The position numbers and the translations under genes were made by a program. A stretch of DNA of 56,568 nucleotides, filler included, from Sphacelaria rigidula (taxonomy: Eukaryota), in the NCBI GenBank assembly GCA_964200075.2. It is 6 parts of 6 records of this genome, joined end to end, with 100 filler letters (N's around TTAATTAATTAA, not from the genome) between each part and the next. Parts side by side here need not be neighbours in the genome. Positions count along the whole stretch, not along the records: positions 18,892 to 28,236 come from CAXNAA020008707.1; positions 28,337 to 37,680 come from CAXNAA020008708.1; 4 more parts are not named here. One strand, given 5' to 3'. The notes below the pieces were generated by a model. The model ran no database searches. It saw only the letters and a program-made list of their open reading frames with translations, and was not told where the DNA came from. This document shows positions 22,601-33,928 of this stretch, piece after piece. Numbering within the stretch: position 1 is the stretch's first letter; each line of letters begins with the position of its first letter.

Positions 22601-25534
22601 GCAGCCTGGGATCGACTGCTAGCTGATTCGGACCGTGAACAGTGTCAGCGTGTACCAATCTTTGCTTTATTATGTTGCAGTACCATCACCAATGACAACG
22701 CGGAAGCCCTGCCTGCGTTGTTTCAGAATGTTATAAGGACGGTGTAGACCGAAGATTATTTCAGGTCAAACCCTCCCGTCTACTACGAGACTGGTACAGC
22801 ACGTTTCGCGTTGATCCACAAAGTGTCGAATTGGCTTTGATCGAGAAGTAGAAGAGGCGTTCGATCCTCTCCCAGCGAGAGCGCGCAAGCTGGTTCATCA
22901 AACAAGTGCTGCTCGCTGCACGTGAGCCGCTCTCACTCTATCAGGTATCGCTGATATTATGGATACAAGCTCGACCCAAGCTATTCCTTGCGTTGGAAAA
23001 TTCATGCCGCTACAAGTCGGTACGAGTACGGTGGGTTTGTGACTGCTTGGACCCTCTGACTCTCTGTATGATCCCCCGCCCTTCTGCGCGGAGTTCTCCG
23101 GGGGGTTCTGCGGGGTGTTTCAATTCCATTACCTAATAGAGGTCTCTCACATGAGAAGTTCGCGGTATGTAATCAACAGTAATTACCTGTTGAAAAATAC
23201 CGTGAAGCTCGAGCTTGAGATACCTCCACTAATCACAGTCAGGTGCTCTAAGTAGCGCCGCGCAGCGCCCACAATCAGTGCGCTAAAAAGGTGTTGTAGA
23301 ATTGGTAACGTGGAGGTGTGTGAACGTTGACGACGGTTTCTCGACATGAGTTGAGATATCGTTGATCTACGTCCGACTTGTTGATTGTCTTTGCCCTGTC
23401 CGGTGCTTCCGGTTTGCACCGTACAACGCAGCTGTACTCTACTGTTCTATTACGCGGTGTAGTCAAGACAGTCAAGACTTGGTTTGAACTTGAAGGTAGC
23501 TTAGAGATGGGCTACAGTACAGTGTAGGTGGTACGCAATACCGAGGGGGCGTATACCCGTACTACTGTAAAAAACACTTCAACACTACACTACAATATAC
23601 CATGAACAGTGGCATGGACTGCGAATGCGTTACTCTAGCTTTGTAGAGGGGTACGATGTTGTGCGTGCAATAAATTATTAGATACGGCGAGCTCTCAAAA
23701 GTGCACGTGGCAGATTCACGAGCAGTTGCACTTGCTCGCCGGAGAAATCCATAGAACCGGTAACATGGAGGCGTTTTGGGCATGTCCTGAGCTCCGCTTG
23801 ATATGCTTTTGGCAGCGTTCGATTGATAGTTGTCGCACATCAATTCGTTGTCAGGAATTTTGGGTACAGTAGTTCGGCTCGGTGCACTGGCAACTGCTAT
23901 AATAGGCGATAGCTCAGTACGGACAACTGCTGTAAATTACTGTACTTGAGTGTCCACAGGCATGATACACGCAGAAGTAGGCTCAATTTATTTTGTTTCG
24001 CTCTTCGAAGCGAACACGGGTTGCCGCACTATTCTATGTGCTCTAGTTGTCGTGCTTGGGTGCTGAACTGCGCTGTAATGACTGTTGTGCGCCTGCAAGA
24101 ACGGGGGTGCGTGAAGAACAGAAGTCATTCATGTGTTCTAGAAGGACAGTATAGTACAGCGCAGTATCGGAAAAGAAAGTGCTGTAGGTGGCATCGACAC
24201 GGTGGTACAGCAACGCCGACTGTCCTTCACTGTTTGTACTCGGGTGAAGACAGTGGCAGATGGTGAGAGTATGAAGACGGCAGCATGATTTCAATATCCG
24301 CGTGCCAGTCCTGTCTGGTACTTCACATTCGTGCGCGCTCCACGTCTGTGCTGTGCTATGCTGTGGTAATGTGTACTGTAGTCAAACTTTGAATATGGTA
24401 TTCGCTTGATGGGGCTTTCTTCACGACGATTCGTTAAGTTGATTCGAGAGTTCGGGAGTCCGTAGGTGTTATGAAAAGAAGCATGCCGTGACACATTTAC
24501 CGGCTTCGTGTTATCGGAACGATACGGAGAAAAATCCCAGTTTTGAAGGGTGTTATTGACCGCATACGACCCAAAACGCGGTGTTTCGGCTGTAGCCCAA
24601 CGAACATCGAGAAAATGGAATAGCTGAAGCCATAGAATTGTTCATTGTAACGATCCAATCCGGCTCGGTCGAGCGAAAACCGGGCTGTGCACTCGTAGGA
24701 CCCCGGAAGACTGGCGACCGCGTATCTGGTTCAAAGTTGGTCGTAGACCATATTTTTTTTCTCGAAACCTATTCCAGGTACTCGTGTCTCTATTTTGAAA
24801 GATGTGGATCAAACAGCAACCATCACGAGTGGTGGTGACCGAAAAAAAAATAAACAAAAAATGAACAGTGCTTTCAACCGAACATGCAATGTTCAAAGTT
24901 TGAGTACTGCATAAGCTAGTCGTCCAGTAGACCTGAGCGGAGTAATTTAAACACAACGGACATTCGCTTTACGGTGGATTCGTGAGGCTTCCAGTACACC
25001 ATAAGCCAGTTCGAGGGACGTCTCTCCCTCCTCCCTTCCTTGTTTCCGATATCGCTGTCCCCCGGTGTTTTATTTTACGAGGCGATCGCTCGTTCTGCGG
25101 AAAGAAGTGTGAAGGAGAGATGACTTGTTTCTAGAGTATCCCGAGTACTGCACTAGACCCTTTCTACCGATGTAGCTTGGTTCGAATCCCCGGTTCAGGT
25201 CGGCGCGGCCGATCAATAAAGGTTCACCCTCTCTTGCGTCGTTGCGTGTTTGTGCTCCCACGCCCATGCATGCTCTCTGCTGTATACTTTTTTTTAAGTA
25301 GCCTTGGATATGAGGGGCGTAGGCTCACGTCTGTGACCCGCGACGCTCTTGCTCGCCGCGTCCTTGGAATATTATCTTCAGTCTACTGGAGGATTTTGTG
25401 TCGCGATGACGCGCCCGGACGTCAACAAATTGCTGGCCGCTGAGCGCATCGCATCTCGTAAGCCGAGAAAGGCTGATCTTCCCCCCCAATCCCCTCGGAG
25501 ATTTACCAGTCGTCGAGAGGAGAAAGTTTGTGTG

Positions 25535-25740
25535 AGTGTGTTGTCGTCCCATCTATTCTGGACGCCAGTCTACACCTTTCGGTATATGTGGGCGCATCAG
25601 CCGGGGTCACACAGGAAGAAGGTCAACACAACAGCTTTTTTATTTATTTTATTTTTTAGTACTCCACCTTCCTTCTGCGGTGCTTGCTTTTATTTTTTAT
25701 CGCGAACGGGGTTCAGCAGTCCCTTTCCATCGTCGACCGT
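25535..25740 (-). repeat. SINE-like repeat with a CA-rich tail (copies at 28800-28990 in the opposite orientation and 32545-32730 in the same orientation)
   Basis: Shared TTCTGGACGCC.GTCTACACCTT.CGGTAT.TGTG.GCGCA.CAGCCGGGGTCACA...CTGCGGTGCTTGC in three places. Confidence 0.8.
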
Positions 25741-25979
25741 TAACCCTTAGACCGCGAGATTAGTCTTTCTGGATCATGCATACTTTTCTTACTCGAAAGT
25801 GATGCCGATTCAACAGAACACTAATTTCGCGGTCTAAGGATTAACTAACCCTTGGACCGCGAGATTAGTCTTTCTGGACCATGCATACTTTTTTTCACTT
25901 GAAATTGATGCCGATTCAACAGAAGACTAACCTCGCGGTCCAAGGGTTAGAAAGGCTAATCTCTTGGTCTAAGGGTTAA
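25740..25979. mobile_element. Tandem piggyBac-type MITEs (~97 bp each) plus an extra right TIR
   Basis: TTAA-CCCTTAGACCGCGAGATTAG...CTAATTTCGCGGTCTAAGGA-TTAA at 25740-25844, a second copy at 25849-25946, and a solo TIR ending AAGGG-TTAA at 25979. Confidence 0.78.
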
Positions 25980-25988
25980 GTTGAATTA

Positions 25989-26345
25989 GATGCACAGAAT
26001 TACTCCTGTGGCAGGGCAATAGAGAGCCGAAGTCATATAGTGGAAGAATGTGAACTATACAAGGAGGAACGGGACGTGAACGAAGATTACATGAATTCTT
26101 TTGATGCATTAGACAGCAGGGAGAAGGCGATGGCTATACTGGGATCTAGATGGTGGCCACAGACGGTGAAACAGGACGGGGATAAGATATGTACAAGGTT
26201 TTTGTGTAATGTACGGAAGAAACGTAATGAGCGCCGGAATGTTGAAGGGGTCTCTATGAGGAGTAGGAACGGTGCTCCGTCTCAAAAGGGATGAGTGGTG
26301 AACGGTCAAACCGCTGAGGCAAGCAATAAATGAGTACGCCCCTCC
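25989..26345 (+). mobile_element. 5'-truncated non-LTR retrotransposon (LINE) 3' end
   Basis: CCHC-like C-terminus (..SCGRAIESRSHIVEECELY..LGSRWWP..) followed by a 3' end GGCAAGCAATAAATGAGTACGCCCC. Homologous to 27790-28105. Confidence 0.75.
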
Positions 26346-26844
26346 ACTCCCCTCCTAAAAAGTGGATGTTCTCGTCACCTGGAATCAGGAATCGAAAAGC
26401 CCTCATTTACTCGTATTAGATCAATCGTAACCCGTTAGACCTGCCGGTTATGTCGCGAGGTGTTGCACTTGATTCACGAAGTATACATCGATGCCGGTTC
26501 AACTGATGGATGGCTGTCATGGTGTACAGAGTGTACTGTGAGGTGCAGCACAGTTGAGGCCCCAGATCAAGGCGGTAGTTATACAAGTATAGTGCAAGTG
26601 AAAAATAAACATTGACCGCCTTCAAGTGGGAACGTTCACTGTATATTCAGAAGACCAGAGGAATATTCCAAGAATGTTTTTTTTCAAAAGTACCTCTCTC
26701 AAAGTTGTCGATTGAATGTACTCATTTTACGGAGGCATGCTCGTTTTCCTCTTCAACCCTTGTTGGCGTTTTGATGACATGGCGGAAGTACGGCCATACC
26801 ATAACTGTGATTATAGGTCGTATGTTGAAATGCACCAATTGTGC

Positions 26845-26950
26845 TTAACTCTTAGACCGCGAGATTAGTCTTTCTGGATCATGCATACTTTTTTTCACTT
26901 GAAATTGATGCCGATTCAACAGAAGACTAACCTCGCGGTCTAGGGGTTGA
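26845..26950. mobile_element. piggyBac-type MITE, third copy
   Basis: TTAA-CTCTTAGACCGCGAGATTAGTC...GACTAACCTCGCGGTCTAGGGG-TTGA; nearly identical to 25849-25946. Confidence 0.78.
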
Positions 26951-27269
26951 AGAGTTACTGTATGGCCAGATGACCTACCATCCCAAAGCCGTTGATCTTC
27001 GTGTGCAATAGAGACAACTATTGTCGTTGTTGTTGTTGTCGTCGTTGTAATAAATCACTTGTGTAAAAGAAAATGCAACGTTGGTTCAAAATATTGGGAG
27101 GGACATCAGCATCCCACGCGAAATTCAAGTTTGAACGTACATCGGGTCGAACCGCTGGAAATTTTCTTCAACCCTTCTGACTGTGACCCCTTGATAGAGA
27201 TCCTTCGTTAGCCACTCCCCCCATTATTGCATGCATGATCATGAGTACACCCCCCCCTCCCCTACAGGC

Positions 27270-27500
27270 AACTTTGTACGGGAGGGTTGAGAGAAGGGAT
27301 AGGGAGGAAAACATATCTGTTCCGCCCAATGAACTACACGAAAAAGTTGAAAATACGATTTCGGGTGGGGGACCTGGACCTGCCAGAAATAAGAGTACCA
27401 GTAGTCGGGTGGAGGAGGAAGTAGGTACAGAGAATTGCCCCTGAGGTCAAACAGTAGAGAGTATAATTCATATCGTGTAAGAATGTGAGTTATAGTACTG
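27270..27500 (+). mobile_element. LINE ORF2 C-terminal fragment, same family
   Basis: Degenerate KTYLFRPMNYTKKLKIRFRVGDLDLPE...ENCP*GQTVESIIHIV*ECEL. Its 3' part aligns with the start of the 25989 copy. Confidence 0.65.
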
Positions 27501-27789
27501 GGCGCCTGAACTATTCAATTGTAATTTTACCTACGCATTGCACTGGAGCCGAAAAACTGTGCGTCACTATCAATAACACCCTCCTGATGAACGGAGGGTA
27601 TCTACTCGAATCGCCCCTATAAGACCAATTAACACCAGCTTGGGCACTGGGGAGGGGGAGACGATCTGTTGATTTTACCAAAATCTAATGACGCCAGCAC
27701 TTTCGAGGTCTATCGAATGAGTAGTCGCGAGAAAAAAAACATTTGAACAAAAAATAAGTCAGGTGCCCAGTGCTAAATAAAATGGGAAA

Positions 27790-28105
27790 TTGGACGTGTT
27801 GGAGGGGGAAATCTGGAAAGTGAACGAAGGTGGCATGAAATCGTTCGATGCATTCCCTAGTAGCGAGAAAACAATCACTACACTATGAGATAGATGGTGG
27901 CTACAGACGGCTAAACGGGAAGGGGATAAGACATGTGAAGAGTTTTCGTATCAAGTATGGAAGAAACGTAATGATCACCCGAATATTGGAGGTGTCTCCA
28001 TCATTAGTAGGAGTAGGAGTGGTGCTCCGTCTTTGAGGAGATGCGTGGCGAAGGGTCAGATGATTAGGGCGAGTTGTGAATGAGTACGCCCTCCCCCCCT
28101 CCCCC
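27790..28105 (+). mobile_element. LINE 3' fragment, same family
   Basis: Collinear with 26070-26345 (GATAGATGGTGG, GGGGATAAGA, GAAGAAACGTAATGA, GGTGCTCCGTCT, ATGAGTACGCCC). Confidence 0.75.
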
Positions 28106-28404
28106 GTACAGGATAGGTGTTGAGTATAAGAATAGTGAAACGAGCCAGTGTTAAAATCACCATCTCGTGACTCCCCCCCCCCCCCCCCCCCCTCCCCTTT
28201 TTCGTACAAGCCCACCAAATCCATGCCCGCCTTGCGNNNNNNNNNNNNNNNNNNNNNNNNNNNNNNNNNNNNNNNNNNNNTTAATTAATTAANNNNNNNN
28301 NNNNNNNNNNNNNNNNNNNNNNNNNNNNNNNNNNNNCAGAACTTAGACCTTCGCGCGGGGCCGGGTCTGGTGCACGTAGCACAAGGGTTCGGTTGTGCAC
28401 GTGC

Positions 28405-28570
28405 TTTGGTGTACTCCTTATCTTTCATGCCATAGTCAAAAGACCATTGACTTCGCATACCTACAAAGCCGGGACGGAGCACGCCGGATTCTCGCCGGGC
28501 CAGACTCGCAATCAATCACCAAGCGCGAGGCATCGTGATTTCTTCGGCGAGTCGCATGAAGGATGAGGCA
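28405..28570 (-). repeat. Related retroposon family ending in ATGAGTACACCC
   Basis: About 165 bp collinear with 53380-53545 and partly with 56385-56495, 9296-9346 and 54328-54376. Confidence 0.75.
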
Positions 28571-28799
28571 CCCTGCTGAAATTGTTCGGTCGGGAGCGCA
28601 CTACGGGGGAGGGGTCCTCTTCTCGCATAAACTGGGCCACGATTTCATCAATCATTTCCCCGACAAGGCTGTGATACCTGGTTCATTTCATCACATACTG
28701 TACCTGAAATTTATCCTATGAGGGGGAAAGTGGGAGGGGGGGATAGACTGTAGAATTAACCATGTGGGAACGATATGAATAAGACATGGGCTTTATCTC

Positions 28800-28990
28800 A
28801 CCGCACACGCGATAAAAAATAAAGGCAAGCACCGCAGAAGGAAGATGGAGTACTGAAAACGAAAACTAAAAAAACTCCGGTGTGGACCTTCCTCCTGTGT
28901 GACCCCGGCTGATGCGCCCACATATACCGAAAGGTGTAGACCGGCGTCCAGAATAAATGGGACGACAACACAACACACACACACGACACA
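28800..28990 (+). repeat. CA-tailed SINE-like repeat copy
   Basis: Reverse complement of 25535-25705; ends AATAAATGGGACGACAACACAACACACAC. Confidence 0.8.
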
Positions 28991-29314
28991 CACGACTGCG
29001 GCTGCTTTTACGGGACGATGATCAGGACTTCAAGTGTTTTGTAACGTTTGACTGTGCCCATATGGGGCAGCTACTGGTGAATCGAACGAAAAAAACGGAA
29101 CGTTAGGTGTCCTGCATCTCGGGGAGCGTGAAGCGATGACCTTACGGTTGCTGTGAAGAGCGAAATGGAAAGAGGAAAGTCGCACTGGTTTTGCCAACCA
29201 ACCACCATCACAGCACCTCTGTTCGAAGCACCAGCACTGAACAATGACGGAGACTGATGCGCAGCGGTTCTACAAACTTGACCGCTACCGTATACGTTCG
29301 ATACTGCCACTCAC

Positions 29315-32300
29315 CACCTCGCCGCTGCGGTCCTCCTGGCTGGCGCTGCTGCTCTCATGCGCGCCGAAGTTGTACAGGACGCAGGCCCTCTCAAACAGCA
29401 GCGTACTCTGGGTGCTTTTCTTGTTGGGGTTGAAGGCATCTCCCCACTTGAACCCTACGCGTACCTGGAAAGTGGTACATGGTGGTGGGTCAGCATGGTA
29501 GTGTCGGTGCAGCACGTCTCGGGGGGTGAAAAAGCTTGCTGAGGTTTTATTTATTTGTTTTTATTATATTTATTTTATTTCTCGCACTTTGAACCCCTCC
29601 CCTACCTCGGGATGAGTCTGTGGTCTCAAGGGATCCACCCATTTATCCCCGGTACACGCCTTGTATTTTTGTCTCGCGGATTAGTCATGACTATCAGCAC
29701 TCCCGCACCGCGTCAACTGTCGTCGCACAAACTCAGTCGACTACTTCGTTTACTCATGTTCTCACGCTTTCCGCGGTGGAAATCAGATACTACGAAGGAA
29801 AAACCCACCGCATCGGGAATCAAACCCTCGTTCTCTCCACCCTCATGTCGACAGTCGGACCATTACACCACCGGGGCGCAGCGGCGAAGACGTACACACC
29901 ACTAAAAGGGCGGATGGCCAAGACAACAGCATCACCACGTTTGACCTGCATTCCTGATTCGAGAGTAATACTTCTTGCTTCAATCTCAACGGCGTGTGGA
30001 AAGGTATGCGCGTCATCATCCTCATCTGGAACACCCTCTGCCTACATATCCACGCCTGCAGGCCCACACGCACGGGAGAAACGACAGCCTGCCCCAGACA
30101 TCGTGATAGGGATGCCGCATTGTCAACCTACGCACACGGCAACACTTTATCTGGGCTTCATATTTGTCACACACTGAAAAAACACGCGATGGAGCTACGA
30201 CATACAGTACCTACAACGAGTGTGAGGCATTTCTTTTTCTTTGCTGGACGTATACTGCATAATGAACCTGCGCGAACGTACCTCAGTTTCTGACACAGGG
30301 AACACAGCCTCGAGCGCCGCCAGTTGTCCCGCATACCGAAGCAACAGCTCGCGAGCTTCATCAGAAGGCTGCTCCACCTGCGTAGCGGTCGCTCGAATTC
30401 TTTGAAGTTCCGTCAAGTCGTCCGAGAACTTCTCTGTTTCCTCCTTTGGTTGGGGTGCGAGGTGGTCGTGCCGATCAACGGGGGTGGAAGGGGGCGCGGG
30501 GGGATTTAGGGAGTGAGAATAGGCCTGTGTTTGACGACGCACGTGTCAGGGCTACTTCTGTCGGCAAAAGTACGTCGAAGCATGTTGCGTGGATGAAGGA
30601 TATTTCAAAGCGGAGCAAGTCGACGATAATTGGGCGTATTAGTCACAGTGTATGGGGCCACACAGTCGATGATTGGGGGGGATGGGGGGTGTAAGCAGGG
30701 TCGTGAGGGGTCTTGAAGACAGGCTATACACGTCCGACACAAGTAGGGGTTGATGGGGGAAGTGGCACCAACTTAGATGTCAAGTAATCTTACACGTCGA
30801 ACTCGAGATTTTCTCACGTTTTGAATACGGGTGTCGACGTACGACGATCCCAGCGATGATACTTCGAATACGAGTTTCTCCACGACTATCGTGCGGAGGT
30901 CACATGATGCGCACATGTGTTGGTTCGTCGGCTCCCGAAAGTTTGACTGGTGTTCTGCGGGGGTACAGGGCCCGCGCTTTCTAGACAAAGCTGAAGCCGA
31001 ACCACTCACCACTAGGGGGTGGGATGATCACTTCGACACACTGCAGAAAAAAAAGTACAACAACGCATCACATTTTTTTCTTCCTTTCGGCCACAGCTTT
31101 CAACCCCTCCACCTCTTCGGGACGAGTCCGTCGTCTCAAAAGATCAACCCACGTCTCCCCTGGTAATGGTCATGCCCCACGTTTTGGTATCGCGGATTGG
31201 ATCATGACTTACACTCCCGCACCGCGTCGGACTTGTGTAATTTTTTCTATGCCACTTGACGTCCTCAGGTTCTCAAAAGTAACGGAAATCAGTTACTTCC
31301 CAAAAGCACACCGCATCGATCAGATTTTTTTCGAGCCTTCAATCTTTCACGCTGACCCACACGAGGGGTGTCAGGATTCCCACCCGGGGAATACAGTCCA
31401 GTGCGGTGATCAAGTGGCACAGCCCATACAGTGAAAACTGAGGTCAAGTCTTACCAGGGGCCAGAAAATGTCAGCTTAAACCCGCTACACTGTGCTGTAC
31501 TGAACGACTCGTCACGCAAACACTCGATTGTGCCAACACATCTGCCCGCAGACTGGAATCTCGGATGCCATGGACTCTCTTTCCCTGCTCTTGGAAGTAT
31601 AGATGTAATCGCGGGTGATGATTCTTCTTTCTTTTCTTTTTGCCACAGAAAGATTCTCCAAGCACAGTACTTCCGGCGTCTCATTTGATGCGTTCACCCG
31701 GTTCGTTGTACATGCTCAAGTAGTGCGGTTGCATGATTCTGTTTCCTTCATTGCTTGAAAATAGCTGCCGCCTTGCCCCGGTGGAATAAATTAAAAACAG
31801 CCCGACTGTCACCATTACGGCAGAGAGAACGTAATTTCGATCACCGATTCGTTGGGTTTTTTGAAGTATCTGATTTTCACCGTCGAAAAGCGTGCGTGCG
31901 TGCGTGCGTGAGTAAGCAAAAAGTAGTCGACTGAGTTTACGAGAGTTGACGTAGTGCTTCGGAGTTTTAGTTATGATCCAATCCGCGAGATCAAAATGTC
32001 AGGCGTGTACCGGGGAGAGATAGGTTGATCCCTTGAACCCACGGACTCGTCCCGAGAAAAGGGACGGGCTCAAAGTGCGACAAATATAATAATACTAATA
32101 AAATAATAATATAACAATAATCATAGCAGGTGCCAAGAGTTCAGTGGGTAGCAAGAAACTAGCGCACTTGCACATGTTGCACCGAAACACAACACCCACT
32201 GTGGGAATGCCACCACTTGCTGAAGTCCACGCTTAGTTGGGAATCAGTATGCAAACGCGGGCCCCGTGCTGTTCTCGCTTGCACAGGTGCAATTTTTTTT

Positions 32301-33874
32301 CACGTGTAGTAGTAGCGTATTTCGTATAATCCCGTGACAAACAGCTGAAGGGGCAAAATACCCTTATGCGCCGAGAAATAGTGCCATCTCGTCGACTCCC
32401 TCCTGGAGAAGCCAAGTGTTCAGTTGGTCCAACTGATTATTGGGATGAAGAAAAGGAAAACTATAACCACTTGAGTGTGATGTAGTTATTCCAAACCTAA
32501 TTGCCCGGGTATAGTATACATGTGCATGACCTACTTGACGCCAGTGTGTGTTGTTATCCCATTCATTCTGGACGCCGGTCTACACCTTCCGGTATGTGTG
32601 CGCGCACCAGCCGGGGTCACAAAGGAGGAAGGTCAACACAGGAGCTTTTTCTTTTTTGTTTTTAATACCCCACTTTCCCTCTGCGGTGCTTGCCTTTTTT
32701 TTTTATCACGAGAGAGCTTCAGCAGTTCTTTTCTCTAGTCGATTTTTTCCCGGGGGAGATGCGGGAGTCTCCCGATCTTAGCAGAGAGGTGGTACACCAA
32801 AAGTAGACGTCCAGAGAATCGGAGAATTGATCTGGTTTGCTCACAGCTAGCCGAAAAACATTGGCCAACGGACTAGGGTCCGAAAAAGCAATGCACGGGG
32901 GAAAATCGCCTGTAGACGGGCTGAAATCCTCATATTTGTAAAAATTGAGATTGGTTGCCACAAAAGTTGGTCTTACACGCGAATGGCGATGCCTCAGGAA
33001 CCCTGGGGGGAAGACTTTGATTTATTCCGTCCCTAAGTACGCGTTGGGGTTACAATTTACCGTAAGGGCCTGTTAACTACGAGTGGCGTTGCCCCTGAAC
33101 ACGCGAGTGGTCGCTAGCGTGTACATTCTTCTTCCTGACTTGAGACCACCGTTGTACTCCTCCACGACCATGAGGTAAGCACATCTCTCCCTAAAACACC
33201 TCTCACCCGAGGGTGTTATTTGACGTCTTAGCCGCTGGCGAGCGGACCACATGGCGCTACTGGACGCATGAGAGGTCTCGTCAAAACATGGACACCCTTT
33301 TTGTGTACCCCTACCACAGTCAGGGACACCATCGTTAAATTGCGACGGGGAAAAAGGGTGGATACCATGGCTTCTTTCCCATCCCTGGAAAAACGCTCAA
33401 CCTCCACATGAGACTTCAATGGTTTGAAAATGTTCTTTGTGTATGACAACCGCATGTGCCATGCACGGAACTTTCGACTCTTGACAAAAGTCTTGAATGT
33501 ACTGAAACAGCCGAAACAAAGTAGGGGCACCACGACCCCCGCAAGTGGGTGTTTTCCACGGTCCGAAGAATTGGACAGGCCTGATCTGTCGACGTGCTGC
33601 CACTCTGTGTGGCGTTTGCGAAACCGGACTTTACTCGATTCGGTAGCAAGTTTTCCCCTTCCCCCATCACAGACTCGATAGGGTAGGTGCGACTTCCGGG
33701 TTACCTCTTTTGATAGCCCGTGTCGAATACCCGACTCGGTAATCGCGAAATTACGCCCGTTAGTTTGTGTATATATTGTGGTGTGTGGGGGTTTGGTGTT
33801 TCTCGTTGGTGTTTTTTGAACACGGGGAAGACAACTGTGGGGGGTCGGGTGGCGTTTTGGGGCTTGGGGTTTTT

Positions 33875-33928
<54 letters not shown>

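Noticed and set aside
25179..25189. GGTTCGAATCC B box (a similar one lies at ~41778-41788 on the minus strand)
   Set aside because: No full cloverleaf, so a SINE-head relic rather than a tRNA gene.
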